Of a stretch of DNA of 64,000 nucleotides, positions 55,354 through 64,000 are shown one piece after another (the first letter of the stretch is position 1; every line of letters starts with the position of its first letter). The translations under genes and the position numbers were made by a program. The stretch is from Dyella sp. (GTDB lineage Bacteria > Pseudomonadota > Gammaproteobacteria > Xanthomonadales > Rhodanobacteraceae), in the NCBI RefSeq assembly GCF_035277725.1, contig NZ_DATEJY010000222.1:3337-67336 (forward strand). The letters are read 5' to 3'. A model generated the notes under the pieces. It was not told where the DNA came from and did no database searches. It saw nothing but the letters and a program-made list of their open reading frames with translations.

Positions 55354-55785
55354 TTACTCCACGCTGCCGCCGGCAGCTTCGATGGCGGTCTTGGCGCCGG
55401 CCGTAGCCAGCAAACCCGACAGCTTCACCGCGCGCCCAATCTCGCCCTTGGCGACAACCTTGACCTTCTTGGCGCGACTGTCGATCAGGCCGGCCTGATG
55501 CAACACAACCGCGTCAATCACGTCGGCCTTCAGGCTGGCAAGCTGATACAGGAATACCTGCTGGCTTTCTGCCTTCTTCTGCGAGCGGAAGCCGACCTTC
55601 GGCAGACGGCGCTGCAGCGGCATCTGACCGCCCTCGAAACCAAGGCGATGAGTACGGCCGGTACGGGCATGTTGACCCTTATGGCCACGGCCCGCCGTCT
55701 TACCGACGCCCGAGCCGATACCACGACCAACACGTAGGCGCGTCTTGCGCGAGCCAGCTGCTGGCTTGATGTCATTCAGACGCAT
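55354..55785 (-). CDS. rplO: 50S ribosomal protein L15
   Basis: MRLNDIKPAAGSRKTRLRVGRGIGSGVGKTAGRGHKGQ..., 143 aa. Confidence 0.97.
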   Translation of the reverse strand: MRLNDIKPAAGSRKTRLRVGRGIGSGVGKTAGRGHKGQHARTGRTHRLGFEGGQMPLQRRLPKVGFRSQKKAESQQVFLYQLASLKADVIDAVVLHQAGLIDSRAKKVKVVAKGEIGRAVKLSGLLATAGAKTAIEAAGGSVE

Positions 55786-55790
55786 GATGC

Positions 55791-55979
55791 TTACTCCTCA
55801 ACCCGCACCAGGTAATAGACCGTGTTGATCAGACCGCGAACCTGCGGACTGTCTTTCAGTTCACGGACGTCATTGGTTTTGTTCAAGCCCAACGCCTTCA
55901 CACTCAAGCGGTGGCGGGCTTGTACACCACGCAGGCCCTTAACCAGGCGCACGCGAATGGTTTTTTCGGTATTAGCCAT
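55791..55979 (-). CDS. rpmD: 50S ribosomal protein L30
   Basis: [34 protein letters not shown]..., 62 aa. The start overlaps the rpsE 3' end by 8 nt. Confidence 0.95.
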   Translation of the reverse strand: MANTEKTIRVRLVKGLRGVQARHRLSVKALGLNKTNDVRELKDSPQVRGLINTVYYLVRVEE

Positions 55980-56481
55980 TGCCCAGTACCTCTTCCACGG
56001 TCTTGCCACGCTTGGCAGCGATCTGCTTCGGCGAGGCAACGGCCTGCAGGCCCTTGATGGTTGCGCGCACCAGATTGATCGGGTTACGCGAGCCAACGGC
56101 CTTGGCCAGCACGTTCTTCACACCAACCACTTCCAGGACGGCACGCATGGCACCGCCAGCGATGACGCCCGTACCTTCGGAGGCGGGCTGCATGTACACG
56201 CGAGCCGCACCGTGGTTGGCCTTGATGGCGTACCAAAGCGTGCCATTGTTCAGATCGATGCTCACCATGTTGCGACGAGCGCGATCCATAGCCTTGGAAA
56301 TAGCTACCGGCACTTCGCGCGCCTTGCCGTAGCCGAAGCCGACCTTGCCCTCGCCGTCGCCGACCACGGTCAACGCGGTGAAGCTCATCTGACGGCCGCC
56401 CTTGACGGTTTTGGCCACGCGGTTGACGGCGATCAGCTTCTCGAGCAGGCCGTCTGTATTTTCGCGATCAGTAGAAGACAT
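55972..56481 (-). CDS. rpsE: 30S ribosomal protein S5
   Basis: ...[39 protein letters not shown]..., 169 aa. Confidence 0.97.
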   Translation of the reverse strand: MSSTDRENTDGLLEKLIAVNRVAKTVKGGRQMSFTALTVVGDGEGKVGFGYGKAREVPVAISKAMDRARRNMVSIDLNNGTLWYAIKANHGAARVYMQPASEGTGVIAGGAMRAVLEVVGVKNVLAKAVGSRNPINLVRATIKGLQAVASPKQIAAKRGKTVEEVLGNG

Positions 56482-56557
56482 TATCTTTTTCCGTATGCCC
56501 GGACCATCCGGGACTTTTACTTGCGGCTGAGCCGCTTGGAGTTGTTGTTGTTACCGC

Positions 56558-56911
56558 TTAGAACTTGAGGCCAGCTTCGCGGGCAGCGTCGGCAAGCGCC
56601 TTGATACGACCGTGATAGCGAAAGCCAGAACGGTCGAAGGCTACGGATTCAATGCCGGCCGCTTTTGCACGCTCAGCAATCGCCTTACCTACAGCAGCCG
56701 CTGCCTCAAGGTTCTTGGTACCCTTCAGGCCTTCGGCCACTGCCTTCTGCACCGTCGAAGCGGCTGCCACGACCTTCACGCCTGCGGCGTCAAACACCTG
56801 GGCGTAGAGATGCTGACCAGTGCGATGCACGGACAGACGAGCCACACCGAGCTTGCGGATATGGGCGCGCGTAGACTTGGCACGGCGCAGACGGGCTTCT
56901 TTCTTGTTCAT
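56558..56911 (-). CDS. rplR: 50S ribosomal protein L18
   Basis: [39 protein letters not shown]..., 117 aa. Confidence 0.97.
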   Translation of the reverse strand: MNKKEARLRRAKSTRAHIRKLGVARLSVHRTGQHLYAQVFDAAGVKVVAAASTVQKAVAEGLKGTKNLEAAAAVGKAIAERAKAAGIESVAFDRSGFRYHGRIKALADAAREAGLKF

Positions 56912-56961
56912 CGTGTGTGTCTCCAGGAAGCGGATCGGCTACTTAGCGGAATGACCCGCTA

Positions 56962-57489
56962 TTAGGCCTTCTTGGCTTCCTTCAGGGTGATCTTCTCGCC
57001 CGCATAGCGCACGCCCTTGCCCTTGTAGGGCTCCGGCGGACGATAGCCGCGAATCTTGGCAGCGACCTCACCAACCAACTGCTTGTCGGAACCCTTGATC
57101 AGGATTTCGGTTTGCGATGGGGTCTCAAGGGTAATGCCCTCCGGCGCGTTGAACACGACCGGATGCGAAAAACCGAGGCTGAGATTCAGCGCCTTGCCAG
57201 CCATCGAAGCGCGGTAACCCACGCCAACGAGCTCCAGCTTACGCTCATAACCTTCGGAAACACCCTTGACCATATTGGCCAGCAGCGCACGAACGGTGCC
57301 ACCGAATTTATCTTCGGCACCTTCCGCCACTTGGACTTTTACCACGCCGTTTTCAACGGACACGGAAGCACCAGGAAGGGCGTGCACTGAGAGAGCACCT
57401 TTCGGGCCCTTCACGGCGATGCCGTCGTCGGCAACTTTGATCTCGACGCCCTTGGGCAGGGTAATGGGTTTCTTGGCAACACGAGACAT
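56962..57489 (-). CDS. rplF: 50S ribosomal protein L6
   Basis: [19 protein letters not shown]..., internal ATG of the 188-aa ORF. 175 aa. Confidence 0.96.
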   Translation of the reverse strand: MSRVAKKPITLPKGVEIKVADDGIAVKGPKGALSVHALPGASVSVENGVVKVQVAEGAEDKFGGTVRALLANMVKGVSEGYERKLELVGVGYRASMAGKALNLSLGFSHPVVFNAPEGITLETPSQTEILIKGSDKQLVGEVAAKIRGYRPPEPYKGKGVRYAGEKITLKEAKKA

Positions 57490-57499
57490 CGGAGACTCC

Positions 57500-57895
57500 T
57501 TACGCGACCAGGCCGATGACTTCGCCACCCACGCCCCGGGCGCGAGCCTGCGCGTCGGTCAACAGACCGGCGGACGTCGAAATGATCGAAATACCAAGAC
57601 CACCAAGCACCTTGGGCAACTCGTCCTTGCCGCGGTACACGCGCAGGCCCGAACGGCTGACGCGCTCGATGCGCTCGATTGCGGGACGGCCTTCGAAATA
57701 TTTGAGCTTGATCTCGAGCACCGGCTTGCCCTCCGCTTCGGAGGTTTTGGCGTCGAGGATGTAGCCCTCGTTCTTGAGAAGGTTGGCCAATGCCACCTTC
57801 AACTTCGACGACGGTACGCTGACAACCTGCTTGCCCGTAGCCTGGGCGTTGCGGATGCGCGTAAACAGATCGGCGATGGGATCAGTCATGCTCAT
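57500..57895 (-). CDS. rpsH: 30S ribosomal protein S8
   Basis: [22 protein letters not shown]..., internal ATG of the 147-aa ORF. 131 aa. Confidence 0.96.
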   Translation of the reverse strand: MSMTDPIADLFTRIRNAQATGKQVVSVPSSKLKVALANLLKNEGYILDAKTSEAEGKPVLEIKLKYFEGRPAIERIERVSRSGLRVYRGKDELPKVLGGLGISIISTSAGLLTDAQARARGVGGEVIGLVA

Positions 57896-58193
57896 GAAAA
57901 CATCCTTCAGAGTGCACCGATATCCGATAAAACCGGAGATCAATTCTAGATTGTGAACCGACGGACGCGCCGGCCTGCGATGCGCAGACCGACAAGTGTA
58001 TCAGCCTTTTCCAGCTTTTGCGAATACTGATGCGATAAAACAATCGTTACCCACCCTTTTCCTCTTTTCAGAAAAGGTCAAGGCGGGATTTTTGGCAACG
58101 ACGTCCAACTGCCTGGCGTTACCTGAAAATCTGGAGAAGCCGGCATCCAGCCAAAACTCTCTCCCGAGGGAGAGAGCTCAACACTGCAGGTAC
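57896..58193 (-). other. 298-nt lower-GC spacer between rpsN and rpsH inside the spc operon
   Basis: These genes are normally tightly linked. The spacer has a terminator-like hairpin at its 5' end and further hairpins (e.g. CCTTTTC...GAAAAGG). No credible ORF. Confidence 0.5.
58151..58176 (-). terminator. intrinsic-terminator-like hairpin 17 nt after the rpsN stop
   Basis: On the minus strand: CTCTCTCC-CTCG-GGAGAGAG followed by TTTTGG. Confidence 0.55.
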
Positions 58194-58499
58194 TTACCAG
58201 CTCGCCTTGCGGAGACCCGGAACGTCACCACGCATGGTTGCTTCGCGCAGCTTGTTACGGCCGAGACCGAACTTGCGATACACGCCGCGCGGACGGCCTG
58301 ACAGTTCGCAGCGGTTGCGCAGGCGGCTTGCACTGGAATCACGCGGCAGCTTCTGCAGCTTGGCCTGCGCATCCATCTTTTCCTCATAGGAGGACTTGGG
58401 GCTCGCCACGATAGCTTTCAGCTCGGCGCGCTTGCCGGCGTACTTTTTGATGAGCTTGGACCGCTTGATATCGCGGTTAACCATGGAGGTTTTTGCCAT
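58194..58499 (-). CDS. rpsN: 30S ribosomal protein S14
   Basis: [31 protein letters not shown]...RKASW, 101 aa. Confidence 0.97.
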   Translation of the reverse strand: MAKTSMVNRDIKRSKLIKKYAGKRAELKAIVASPKSSYEEKMDAQAKLQKLPRDSSASRLRNRCELSGRPRGVYRKFGLGRNKLREATMRGDVPGLRKASW

Positions 58500-58517
58500 A
58501 AATTTCTCGCGACTCTC

Positions 58518-59057
58518 TTAGTTGCGGAACGGGAAGCTGAAGGCTTCCAGCAGCGCCTTGGCTTCTTCGTCGGTCTTGGCCGTGGTGGTAATGGAGATAT
58601 CCATACCGCGCATGGCGTCAACGGCGTCGAAGTCAATTTCCGGGAAGATGATCTGTTCCTTGATACCGAAGTTGTAGTTACCACGGCCATCAAAGGCGCG
58701 ACCGGACACGCCGCGGAAATCGCGAACGCGAGGCAGCGAGATATTGATCAGTCGATCAAGGAATTCCCACATGGTCGCGCGGCGCAGCGTGACCTTGCAG
58801 CCGATCGGCCAACCATCACGGATCTTGAACGAGGCCACGGAAACGCGCGCCTTGGTCGTAATCGGCTTCTGGCCGGCGATCTTGGCCATGTCGGCCACGG
58901 CATTCTCGAGCACTTTCTTGTTGCCCGCCGCTTCGCCCACGCCCATGTTCAGCGTGATCTTGGTGATGCGCGGAACCTGCATCACGTTCTGGTATCCGAA
59001 CCGCTCGGTGAGCTTCTGGATGACCTGCTCTTTGTAAAAGGTTTCAAGGCGCGTCAT
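58518..59057 (-). CDS. rplE: 50S ribosomal protein L5
   Basis: [41 protein letters not shown]..., 179 aa. Confidence 0.97.
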   Translation of the reverse strand: MTRLETFYKEQVIQKLTERFGYQNVMQVPRITKITLNMGVGEAAGNKKVLENAVADMAKIAGQKPITTKARVSVASFKIRDGWPIGCKVTLRRATMWEFLDRLINISLPRVRDFRGVSGRAFDGRGNYNFGIKEQIIFPEIDFDAVDAMRGMDISITTTAKTDEEAKALLEAFSFPFRN

Positions 59058-59068
59058 GTTCGTGTTCC

Positions 59069-59383
59069 TCACGCGTCCACGACCTCGCCGGACGAACGGT
59101 ACACGCGGACCTTGCGCCCATCAGCGAGCGTTTTGGCACCGACGCGTTCACCCTTGTTCGTGGCGGGGTTGAACAGCTGCACATTGGAGATATGGATCGA
59201 GGCCTCACGCTCAACGATGCCACCGGCCTGGTTGGCCTGAGGATTCGGCTTGGTGTGACGCTTGACCAGGTTGACGTTGGAGACGAACACGCGATCGCCC
59301 TCAACGCGCAGCACGTCGCCGCGCTGACCTTTGTTTTTGCCGGTGATCACGATGACCTGATCACCCTTGCGGATACGGTTCAT
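59069..59383 (-). CDS. rplX: 50S ribosomal protein L24
   Basis: [27 protein letters not shown]..., 104 aa. Confidence 0.97.
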   Translation of the reverse strand: MNRIRKGDQVIVITGKNKGQRGDVLRVEGDRVFVSNVNLVKRHTKPNPQANQAGGIVEREASIHISNVQLFNPATNKGERVGAKTLADGRKVRVYRSSGEVVDA

Positions 59384-59397
59384 GGTTCTTCTCCGCC

Positions 59398-59766
59398 TCA
59401 GAGCACTTCGGGTGCGAGCGAGACGATCTTCATGAACTTCTCGCCACGCAGCTCACGAGTCACGGGCCCGAAGATACGGGTGCCGATCGGCTCGAGTTTG
59501 TTGTTGAGGAGCACGGCCGCATTACCGTCGAAACGGATCAGCGAACCGTCGGCGCGACGCACGCCCTTGGAGGTACGAACCACCACGGCGTTATAGACCT
59601 CGCCTTTCTTCACCTTGCCACGCGGAATGGCATCTTTCACGGTGACCTTGATTACATCACCGATCGCGGCGTAACGGCGCTTGGAACCGCCGAGCACCTT
59701 GATGCACATCAATTCCTTGGCGCCACTGTTATCGGCGGCAGAAAGCGTGCTTTGCATCTGGATCAT
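59398..59766 (-). CDS. rplN: 50S ribosomal protein L14
   Basis: [33 protein letters not shown]..., 122 aa. Confidence 0.98.
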   Translation of the reverse strand: MIQMQSTLSAADNSGAKELMCIKVLGGSKRRYAAIGDVIKVTVKDAIPRGKVKKGEVYNAVVVRTSKGVRRADGSLIRFDGNAAVLLNNKLEPIGTRIFGPVTRELRGEKFMKIVSLAPEVL

Positions 59767-59781
59767 GGCTGCACCCTCCCC

Positions 59782-60042
59782 TTACGCTTCGGCGCGCGTG
59801 ACGATTTCGACCACGCGGTGATGTTTGGTCTTGGAAAGCGGACGGCATTCCGAAATACGAACCACGTCACCCTCGTTCGCGCCCAGATCGTTCTGCGCGT
59901 GGAGCTTGGTGGAACGACGTACGATCTTGCCGAGCAGCGGATGCTGCACCTGCCGCTCGATCAGAACGGTGACCGTCTTTTCCATCTTGTTGCTGATAAC
60001 GCGACCCTCGAGGGTGCGCACATGTTTTTGGTTGTCGCTCAT
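59782..60042 (-). CDS. rpsQ: 30S ribosomal protein S17
   Basis: ...[42 protein letters not shown]..., 86 aa. Confidence 0.97.
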   Translation of the reverse strand: MSDNQKHVRTLEGRVISNKMEKTVTVLIERQVQHPLLGKIVRRSTKLHAQNDLGANEGDVVRISECRPLSKTKHHRVVEIVTRAEA

Positions 60043-60054
60043 GTCGGCCGCCTC

Positions 60055-60240
60055 TTACTTCTTGCCGCCGAGCACGAACTTCGTGCGGGCGATATCACGC
60101 CGAACGCGGCGCAGTTGATGCGGCTGGCTGAGCTGGCCGGTGCCTTTCTGCATGCGCAGGTTGAACTGCTCCTTGCGCAGGTCCAGCAGATGCTGCTTCA
60201 GCTCTTCGGCCGACTTGGTGGTTAGGTCTTTGATGTCCAT
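60055..60240 (-). CDS. rpmC: 50S ribosomal protein L29
   Basis: [31 protein letters not shown]... The ATG overlaps the rplP stop (TGATG). Confidence 0.96.
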   Translation of the reverse strand: MDIKDLTTKSAEELKQHLLDLRKEQFNLRMQKGTGQLSQPHQLRRVRRDIARTKFVLGGKK

Positions 60241-60653
60241 CACATCACCGCCCGGGTCACAAACTGGGTCTGCACCGACAACTTGGCAGCGGCCAGGCGG
60301 AACGCCTCACGCGCGGTAGCCTCGTCGACACCCTCGATTTCATAAAGCATGCGGCCCGGCTGGATCGGTGCGACCCAGAACTCCACGCCCCCCTTACCTG
60401 CGCCCATTCGGACTTCGATCGGCTTCTTGGTGATCGGCTTGTCGGGAAACACGCGGATCCACAACTTGCCGCCGCGCTTCACGAAACGCGTGATGCAACG
60501 GCGAGCCGCTTCGATCTGGCGCGCGGTCAGGGCGCCATGCGTGGTGGCCTTGAGGCCGTACTCGCCAAAGCTCACGAGGTTGGCGCTGAAGGCCAGACCG
60601 TCATTGCGGCCCTTGAATTGCTTGCGGTATTTGGTTCGCTTGGGTTGCAACAT
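60240..60653 (-). CDS. rplP: 50S ribosomal protein L16
   Basis: [21 protein letters not shown]..., 137 aa. Confidence 0.98.
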   Translation of the reverse strand: MLQPKRTKYRKQFKGRNDGLAFSANLVSFGEYGLKATTHGALTARQIEAARRCITRFVKRGGKLWIRVFPDKPITKKPIEVRMGAGKGGVEFWVAPIQPGRMLYEIEGVDEATAREAFRLAAAKLSVQTQFVTRAVM

Positions 60654-60664
60654 GGCAACTCTCC

Positions 60665-61429
60665 TTACTTCGCCGTCCGCTCGCGACGGCCTTCACCGCC
60701 CTCGCGATCGCGACGCCCTTCACGACGCCCCTCGCCACCCTCGCGCTCGCGGCGCGGTTGAGCGGCCTGCTCTTCCTTCGGCTCCTGGCCAACCTGGGAC
60801 AGGTCGAAGATTTCGCCCTTGTAGATCCAGATCTTGATGCCGATGATGCCGTAGGTGGTTTTCGCTTCGGCGGTGCCGTAGTCGATATCCGCACGCAGGG
60901 TGTGGAGCGGCACGCGACCTTCACGGCTCCACTCGGAACGTGCGATCTCGGCGCCGTTCAGACGGCCTGATACGTTGATCTTGATACCCAGCGCACCCAA
61001 GCGCATTGCATTGCCCACGGCACGCTTCATGGCGCGACGGAACATGATGCGGCGCTCAAGCTGCTGCGCGATCGATTCGGCCACCAGCTGTGCATCGAGT
61101 TCGGGCTTGCGCACTTCGTTGACATTGATGTGCGCCGGAACGCCCATCATGTCGCTGACTTCTTTGCGCAGCTTCTCAATGTCCTCGCCCTTCTTGCCGA
61201 TCACGACGCCCGGACGGGCGGTGTGAATCGTCACGCGGGCAGTCTTGGCCGGACGCTCGATCTGGATCTTCGAGATACCGGCAGCGGCCAGCTTCTTGCG
61301 CAGCATTTCGCGGACCTTGAGGTCGGCAGCGAGATACTGGGCGTATTCGCCCTTATTGGCGTACCACTTCGAGTTCCAGTCCTTGGCAATGCCGAGGCGG
61401 ATACCGGTGGGATGAACTTTATGACCCAT
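60665..61429 (-). CDS. rpsC: 30S ribosomal protein S3 (with repetitive Arg/Glu/Gly C-terminal tail)
   Basis: [24 protein letters not shown]..., 254 aa. The tail is ...[30 protein letters not shown]. Confidence 0.97.
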   Translation of the reverse strand: MGHKVHPTGIRLGIAKDWNSKWYANKGEYAQYLAADLKVREMLRKKLAAAGISKIQIERPAKTARVTIHTARPGVVIGKKGEDIEKLRKEVSDMMGVPAHINVNEVRKPELDAQLVAESIAQQLERRIMFRRAMKRAVGNAMRLGALGIKINVSGRLNGAEIARSEWSREGRVPLHTLRADIDYGTAEAKTTYGIIGIKIWIYKGEIFDLSQVGQEPKEEQAAQPRREREGGEGRREGRRDREGGEGRRERTAK

Positions 61430-61442
61430 CGTTTACGTCCTC

Positions 61443-61778
61443 TCAGTTACCAACGACCACAGTGATGTGGCTGGTGCGCTTCAGGATGCGCGAACCGCGA
61501 CCTTTGGCGCGGGCATACATACGCTTCATCGCCGGACCTTCGTCCACGAAGATGCGCGAGACCTTCAGCTCGTCGACGTCGGCGCCGAGATTGTTCTCAG
61601 CATTGGCGACGGCCGACAGCAGCACCTTGCGAACGAGGTGTGCAGCCTTCTTGTTGGTGAACTGGAGCACGTCGCTGGCGCGGCCCACGGGCATACCGCG
61701 AACCAGGTCAGCTACCAGGCGTGCCTTCTGCGCTGAAATGCGAGCGCTGCGCAGGATCGCTTTGGCTTCAGTGCTCAT
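61443..61778 (-). CDS. rplV: 50S ribosomal protein L22
   Basis: [28 protein letters not shown]..., internal ATG of the 120-aa ORF. 111 aa. Confidence 0.96.
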   Translation of the reverse strand: MSTEAKAILRSARISAQKARLVADLVRGMPVGRASDVLQFTNKKAAHLVRKVLLSAVANAENNLGADVDELKVSRIFVDEGPAMKRMYARAKGRGSRILKRTSHITVVVGN

Positions 61779-61779
61779 C

Positions 61780-62052
61780 TCACTTGCCCTTCTTATCGCC
61801 GCCATGGCCCTTGAAAGTACGCGTCACCGCGAACTCGCCGAGCTTATGCCCGACCATGTTCTCGTTGACCAGTACCGGCACGTGCTGGCGACCGTTGTGG
61901 ATGGCGATGGTCAATCCGACCATTTCCGGCAGGATCATCGAACGACGCGACCAGGTCTTGATCGGACGCTTGGAATTGGTGGAAACCGCAGTTTCCACTT
62001 TCTTAATGAGGTGAAGGTCGACGAAGGGACCTTTCTTCAAAGAACGCGGCAT
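61780..62052 (-). CDS. rpsS: 30S ribosomal protein S19
   Basis: [20 protein letters not shown]...[16 protein letters not shown]..., 90 aa. Confidence 0.98.
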   Translation of the reverse strand: MPRSLKKGPFVDLHLIKKVETAVSTNSKRPIKTWSRRSMILPEMVGLTIAIHNGRQHVPVLVNENMVGHKLGEFAVTRTFKGHGGDKKGK

Positions 62053-62063
62053 GACGGTTTCCT

Positions 62064-62885
62064 TTACTTACGACGACGCACGATGAACTGCTGCGTGCGC
62101 TTGTTGTTACGGGTCTTGTAGCCCTTGGTCGGCGTACCCCAGGGACTGACCGGATGGCGGCCGCCAGAAGTACGGCCTTCACCACCACCGTGCGGGTGGT
62201 CGACCGGGTTCATTACCACGCCACGAACGGTCGGGCGAATGCCCTTCCAGCGCGTGGCACCGGCTTTGCCCAGCTTGCGCAGGCTATGCTCGGAATTACC
62301 GACTTCGCCGATGGTGGCGCGGCAGTCGACCGGCACTTTGCGCATTTCGCCGGAACGAAGACGCAGGGTGGCGTAACCAGACTCGCGTGCGATCAACTGC
62401 ACCGAGGCGCCCGCCGAACGAGCGATCTGTGCGCCCTTGCCGGGCTTCATTTCCACGCAGTGCACCGTCGAACCGACCGGGATATTGCGCAGTGGCAGGC
62501 TGTTGCCGACCTTGATCGGCGCATCGTGGCCGGAGACCACGCGATCGCCCACCGCGACGCCGGCCGGCGCGATGATGTAGCGACGCTCGCCATCGGCATA
62601 GCACAGCAGCGCAATGTGCGCGGTGCGGTTCGGATCGTATTCCAGGCGTTCGACCTTGGCGGCAATGCCTTCCTTGTCGCGCTTGAAATCGATGATGCGG
62701 TAGGCCTGCTTATGACCGCCGCCGCGATGACGCGTGGTGATGCGACCAAAATGGTTGCGGCCACCCGTCTTGTTCTGACTCTCGGTCAGCGGTGCGTACG
62801 GTGCACCTTTGTGCAGCCCCTCGGTGCGGACGCTGACGGCGTCACGACGACCTGGCGAGGTTGGCTTGTGATTGATTAGTGCCAT
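62064..62885 (-). CDS. rplB: 50S ribosomal protein L2
   Basis: [19 protein letters not shown]...[15 protein letters not shown]..., 273 aa. Confidence 0.98.
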   Translation of the reverse strand: MALINHKPTSPGRRDAVSVRTEGLHKGAPYAPLTESQNKTGGRNHFGRITTRHRGGGHKQAYRIIDFKRDKEGIAAKVERLEYDPNRTAHIALLCYADGERRYIIAPAGVAVGDRVVSGHDAPIKVGNSLPLRNIPVGSTVHCVEMKPGKGAQIARSAGASVQLIARESGYATLRLRSGEMRKVPVDCRATIGEVGNSEHSLRKLGKAGATRWKGIRPTVRGVVMNPVDHPHGGGEGRTSGGRHPVSPWGTPTKGYKTRNNKRTQQFIVRRRK

Positions 62886-62902
62886 CTGTCAGAACTCCTG
62901 GC

Positions 62903-63196
62903 TCAGGCCTTGGCCGCCACGTCGATCGTCTGGCCGGCAGCAAGACGAACGTACGCCTTGCGCTTGCCCTGACGGTTGCCCGCGCGGAAACGGAAGGACT
63001 TGGCCTTGCCCTTGGCATTGACGAGGTTCACTTGCTCGACTTTGACGTCGAACATCTTTTCCACCGCTGCCTGGACGTCAGCCTTGGTTGCTTCAGGAGC
63101 AACCACGAAAACGTACTGGTTATGCTCGGCCAGACGGGCCGCCTTTTCGGAAATGTGCGGCGCGCGCAGCGTATTCAGAATGCGTTCGTTGCTCAT
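62903..63196 (-). CDS. rplW: 50S ribosomal protein L23
   Basis: [19 protein letters not shown]... The ATG overlaps the rplD stop as ATGA. An in-frame GTG at 63205 is an alternative. Confidence 0.95.
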   Translation of the reverse strand: MSNERILNTLRAPHISEKAARLAEHNQYVFVVAPEATKADVQAAVEKMFDVKVEQVNLVNAKGKAKSFRFRAGNRQGKRKAYVRLAAGQTIDVAAKA

Positions 63197-63795
63197 GCCA
63201 GCCACTCCTCGACCTTCTTGACCGCTTCGACGGTCATGACCACATAGTCGGAACCGACCAAGCTGACCGGGTTCAGCGCAAGCACATCGACCACATGCAG
63301 ATAGGGGATGTTGCGCGAAGCCAGGTACAGCGCTTCGTTTGCATCTTCCGATACCAGCAGCACGCGACCCGACACCTCGAGCTCGGCCATCTTCGCGACC
63401 ATCGCCTTCGTCTTCGGAGCGTCGATGCCAAAGCCCTCGACCACCTTCAAACGACCCTGGCGATTGAGCTCCGAAAGGATGGAGCGGATCGCTACGCGAT
63501 AAGCCTTACGGTTGACCTTCTGCTCATAGCTACGGGGCTTGGCGGCAAAAGTGACACCACCACCGACGAAGATCGGAGCACGATAGTCACCGTGACGAGC
63601 ACCGCCGCCCTTTTGCTTCTTGAACTTCTTGGTGGTACCGGACACATCGCTACGCGAAAGCTGCGACTGCGTACCTGCACGACCACCGGCCTGGTAGGCC
63701 ACTACAACCTGGTGGACCAGAGCCTGCTTGAACTCACCGCCGAACACATCGTCCGACACGCTGAGCGGCTTGGCGCCAATAACATTCAGTTCCAT
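63193..63795 (-). CDS. rplD: 50S ribosomal protein L4
   Basis: [42 protein letters not shown]..., 200 aa. Confidence 0.97.
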   Translation of the reverse strand: MELNVIGAKPLSVSDDVFGGEFKQALVHQVVVAYQAGGRAGTQSQLSRSDVSGTTKKFKKQKGGGARHGDYRAPIFVGGGVTFAAKPRSYEQKVNRKAYRVAIRSILSELNRQGRLKVVEGFGIDAPKTKAMVAKMAELEVSGRVLLVSEDANEALYLASRNIPYLHVVDVLALNPVSLVGSDYVVMTVEAVKKVEEWLA

Positions 63796-63806
63796 GCCGT
63801 CTCTCC

Positions 63807-64000
63807 TCAACCCTTGGTGGTCGGACGGATGATGACGTCGCCGCCGGTAGCACCCGGCACAGCGCCCTTCACCGCAATCAGGTGACGATCACCGTCGACC
63901 TTGACCACTTCCAGGCCCTGCACGGTGCGGTTCACCGCGCCCATGTGGCCCGACATCTTCTTGCCCGGAAACACGCGACCTGGCGTCTGACGCTGACCGA
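63807..64000 (-). CDS. rplC: 50S ribosomal protein L3 (3' part only, runs off the window)
   Basis: My own minus-strand translation of the last 190 nt reads ...[63 protein letters not shown]-stop, which is an L3 C-terminus. It is not in the ORF track because the start lies outside the window. Confidence 0.9.
   Translation of the reverse strand, partial: GQRQTPGRVFPGKKMSGHMGAVNRTVQGLEVVKVDGDRHLIAVKGAVPGATGGDVIIRPTTKG

Overview
This is a high-GC gammaproteobacterial chromosome segment. Gene order and GTAG-bounded REP palindromes suggest a Xanthomonadales (Rhodanobacter/Dyella-like) organism, but that is inference only. Most of the window is core genome.

(1) 0-24 kb holds the conserved envelope/replication cluster frr-uppS-cdsA-rseP-bamA-lpxD-fabZ-lpxA-lpxB-rnhB-dnaE-accA-(VOC)-tilS. 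Compared with the E. coli/Pseudomonas order, dxr and skp are missing. Insertions are a GT39-type glycosyltransferase in the skp slot, a small ORF before dnaE, a low-GC two-gene islet between dnaE and accA, and a secreted adenosine deaminase plus a NYN/LOTUS protein before tilS.

(2) 24-50 kb is a mixed housekeeping/accessory stretch. It contains an MFS transporter, xseB with a decayed tandem copy, DUF4870, pmbA, DUF1653, yjgA, a Rieske oxygenase, tldD, a fatty-acid hydroxylase, yhdP, rng, mug, an RND pump plus adaptor, two c-type cytochromes, a secreted amidase, a subclass B3 metallo-beta-lactamase, class II DAHP synthase and dsbB.

(3) 50.8-64 kb holds the alpha, spc and S10 ribosomal-protein operons on the minus strand, from rplQ to a partial rplC.

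I found no rRNA, tRNA, CRISPR array, transposase or integrase.

The most interesting item is the dnaE/accA islet. It encodes a leaderless SLT-type muramidase tightly coupled to a secreted Ivy-like protein with a CMPHNC loop, which is a candidate peptidoglycan effector/immunity pair.

Other notable signals:
- a REP-bounded tandem duplication of xseB
- a GTAG REP family with three stem variants
- a 113-nt perfect-armed inverted repeat inside the lpxD-fabZ operon
- two unusually long, structured, lower-GC spacers inside the ribosomal operons (rpoA/rplQ and rpsN/rpsH), the latter with an intrinsic-terminator-like hairpin

All family calls come from reading motifs in the translations; no database search was run.
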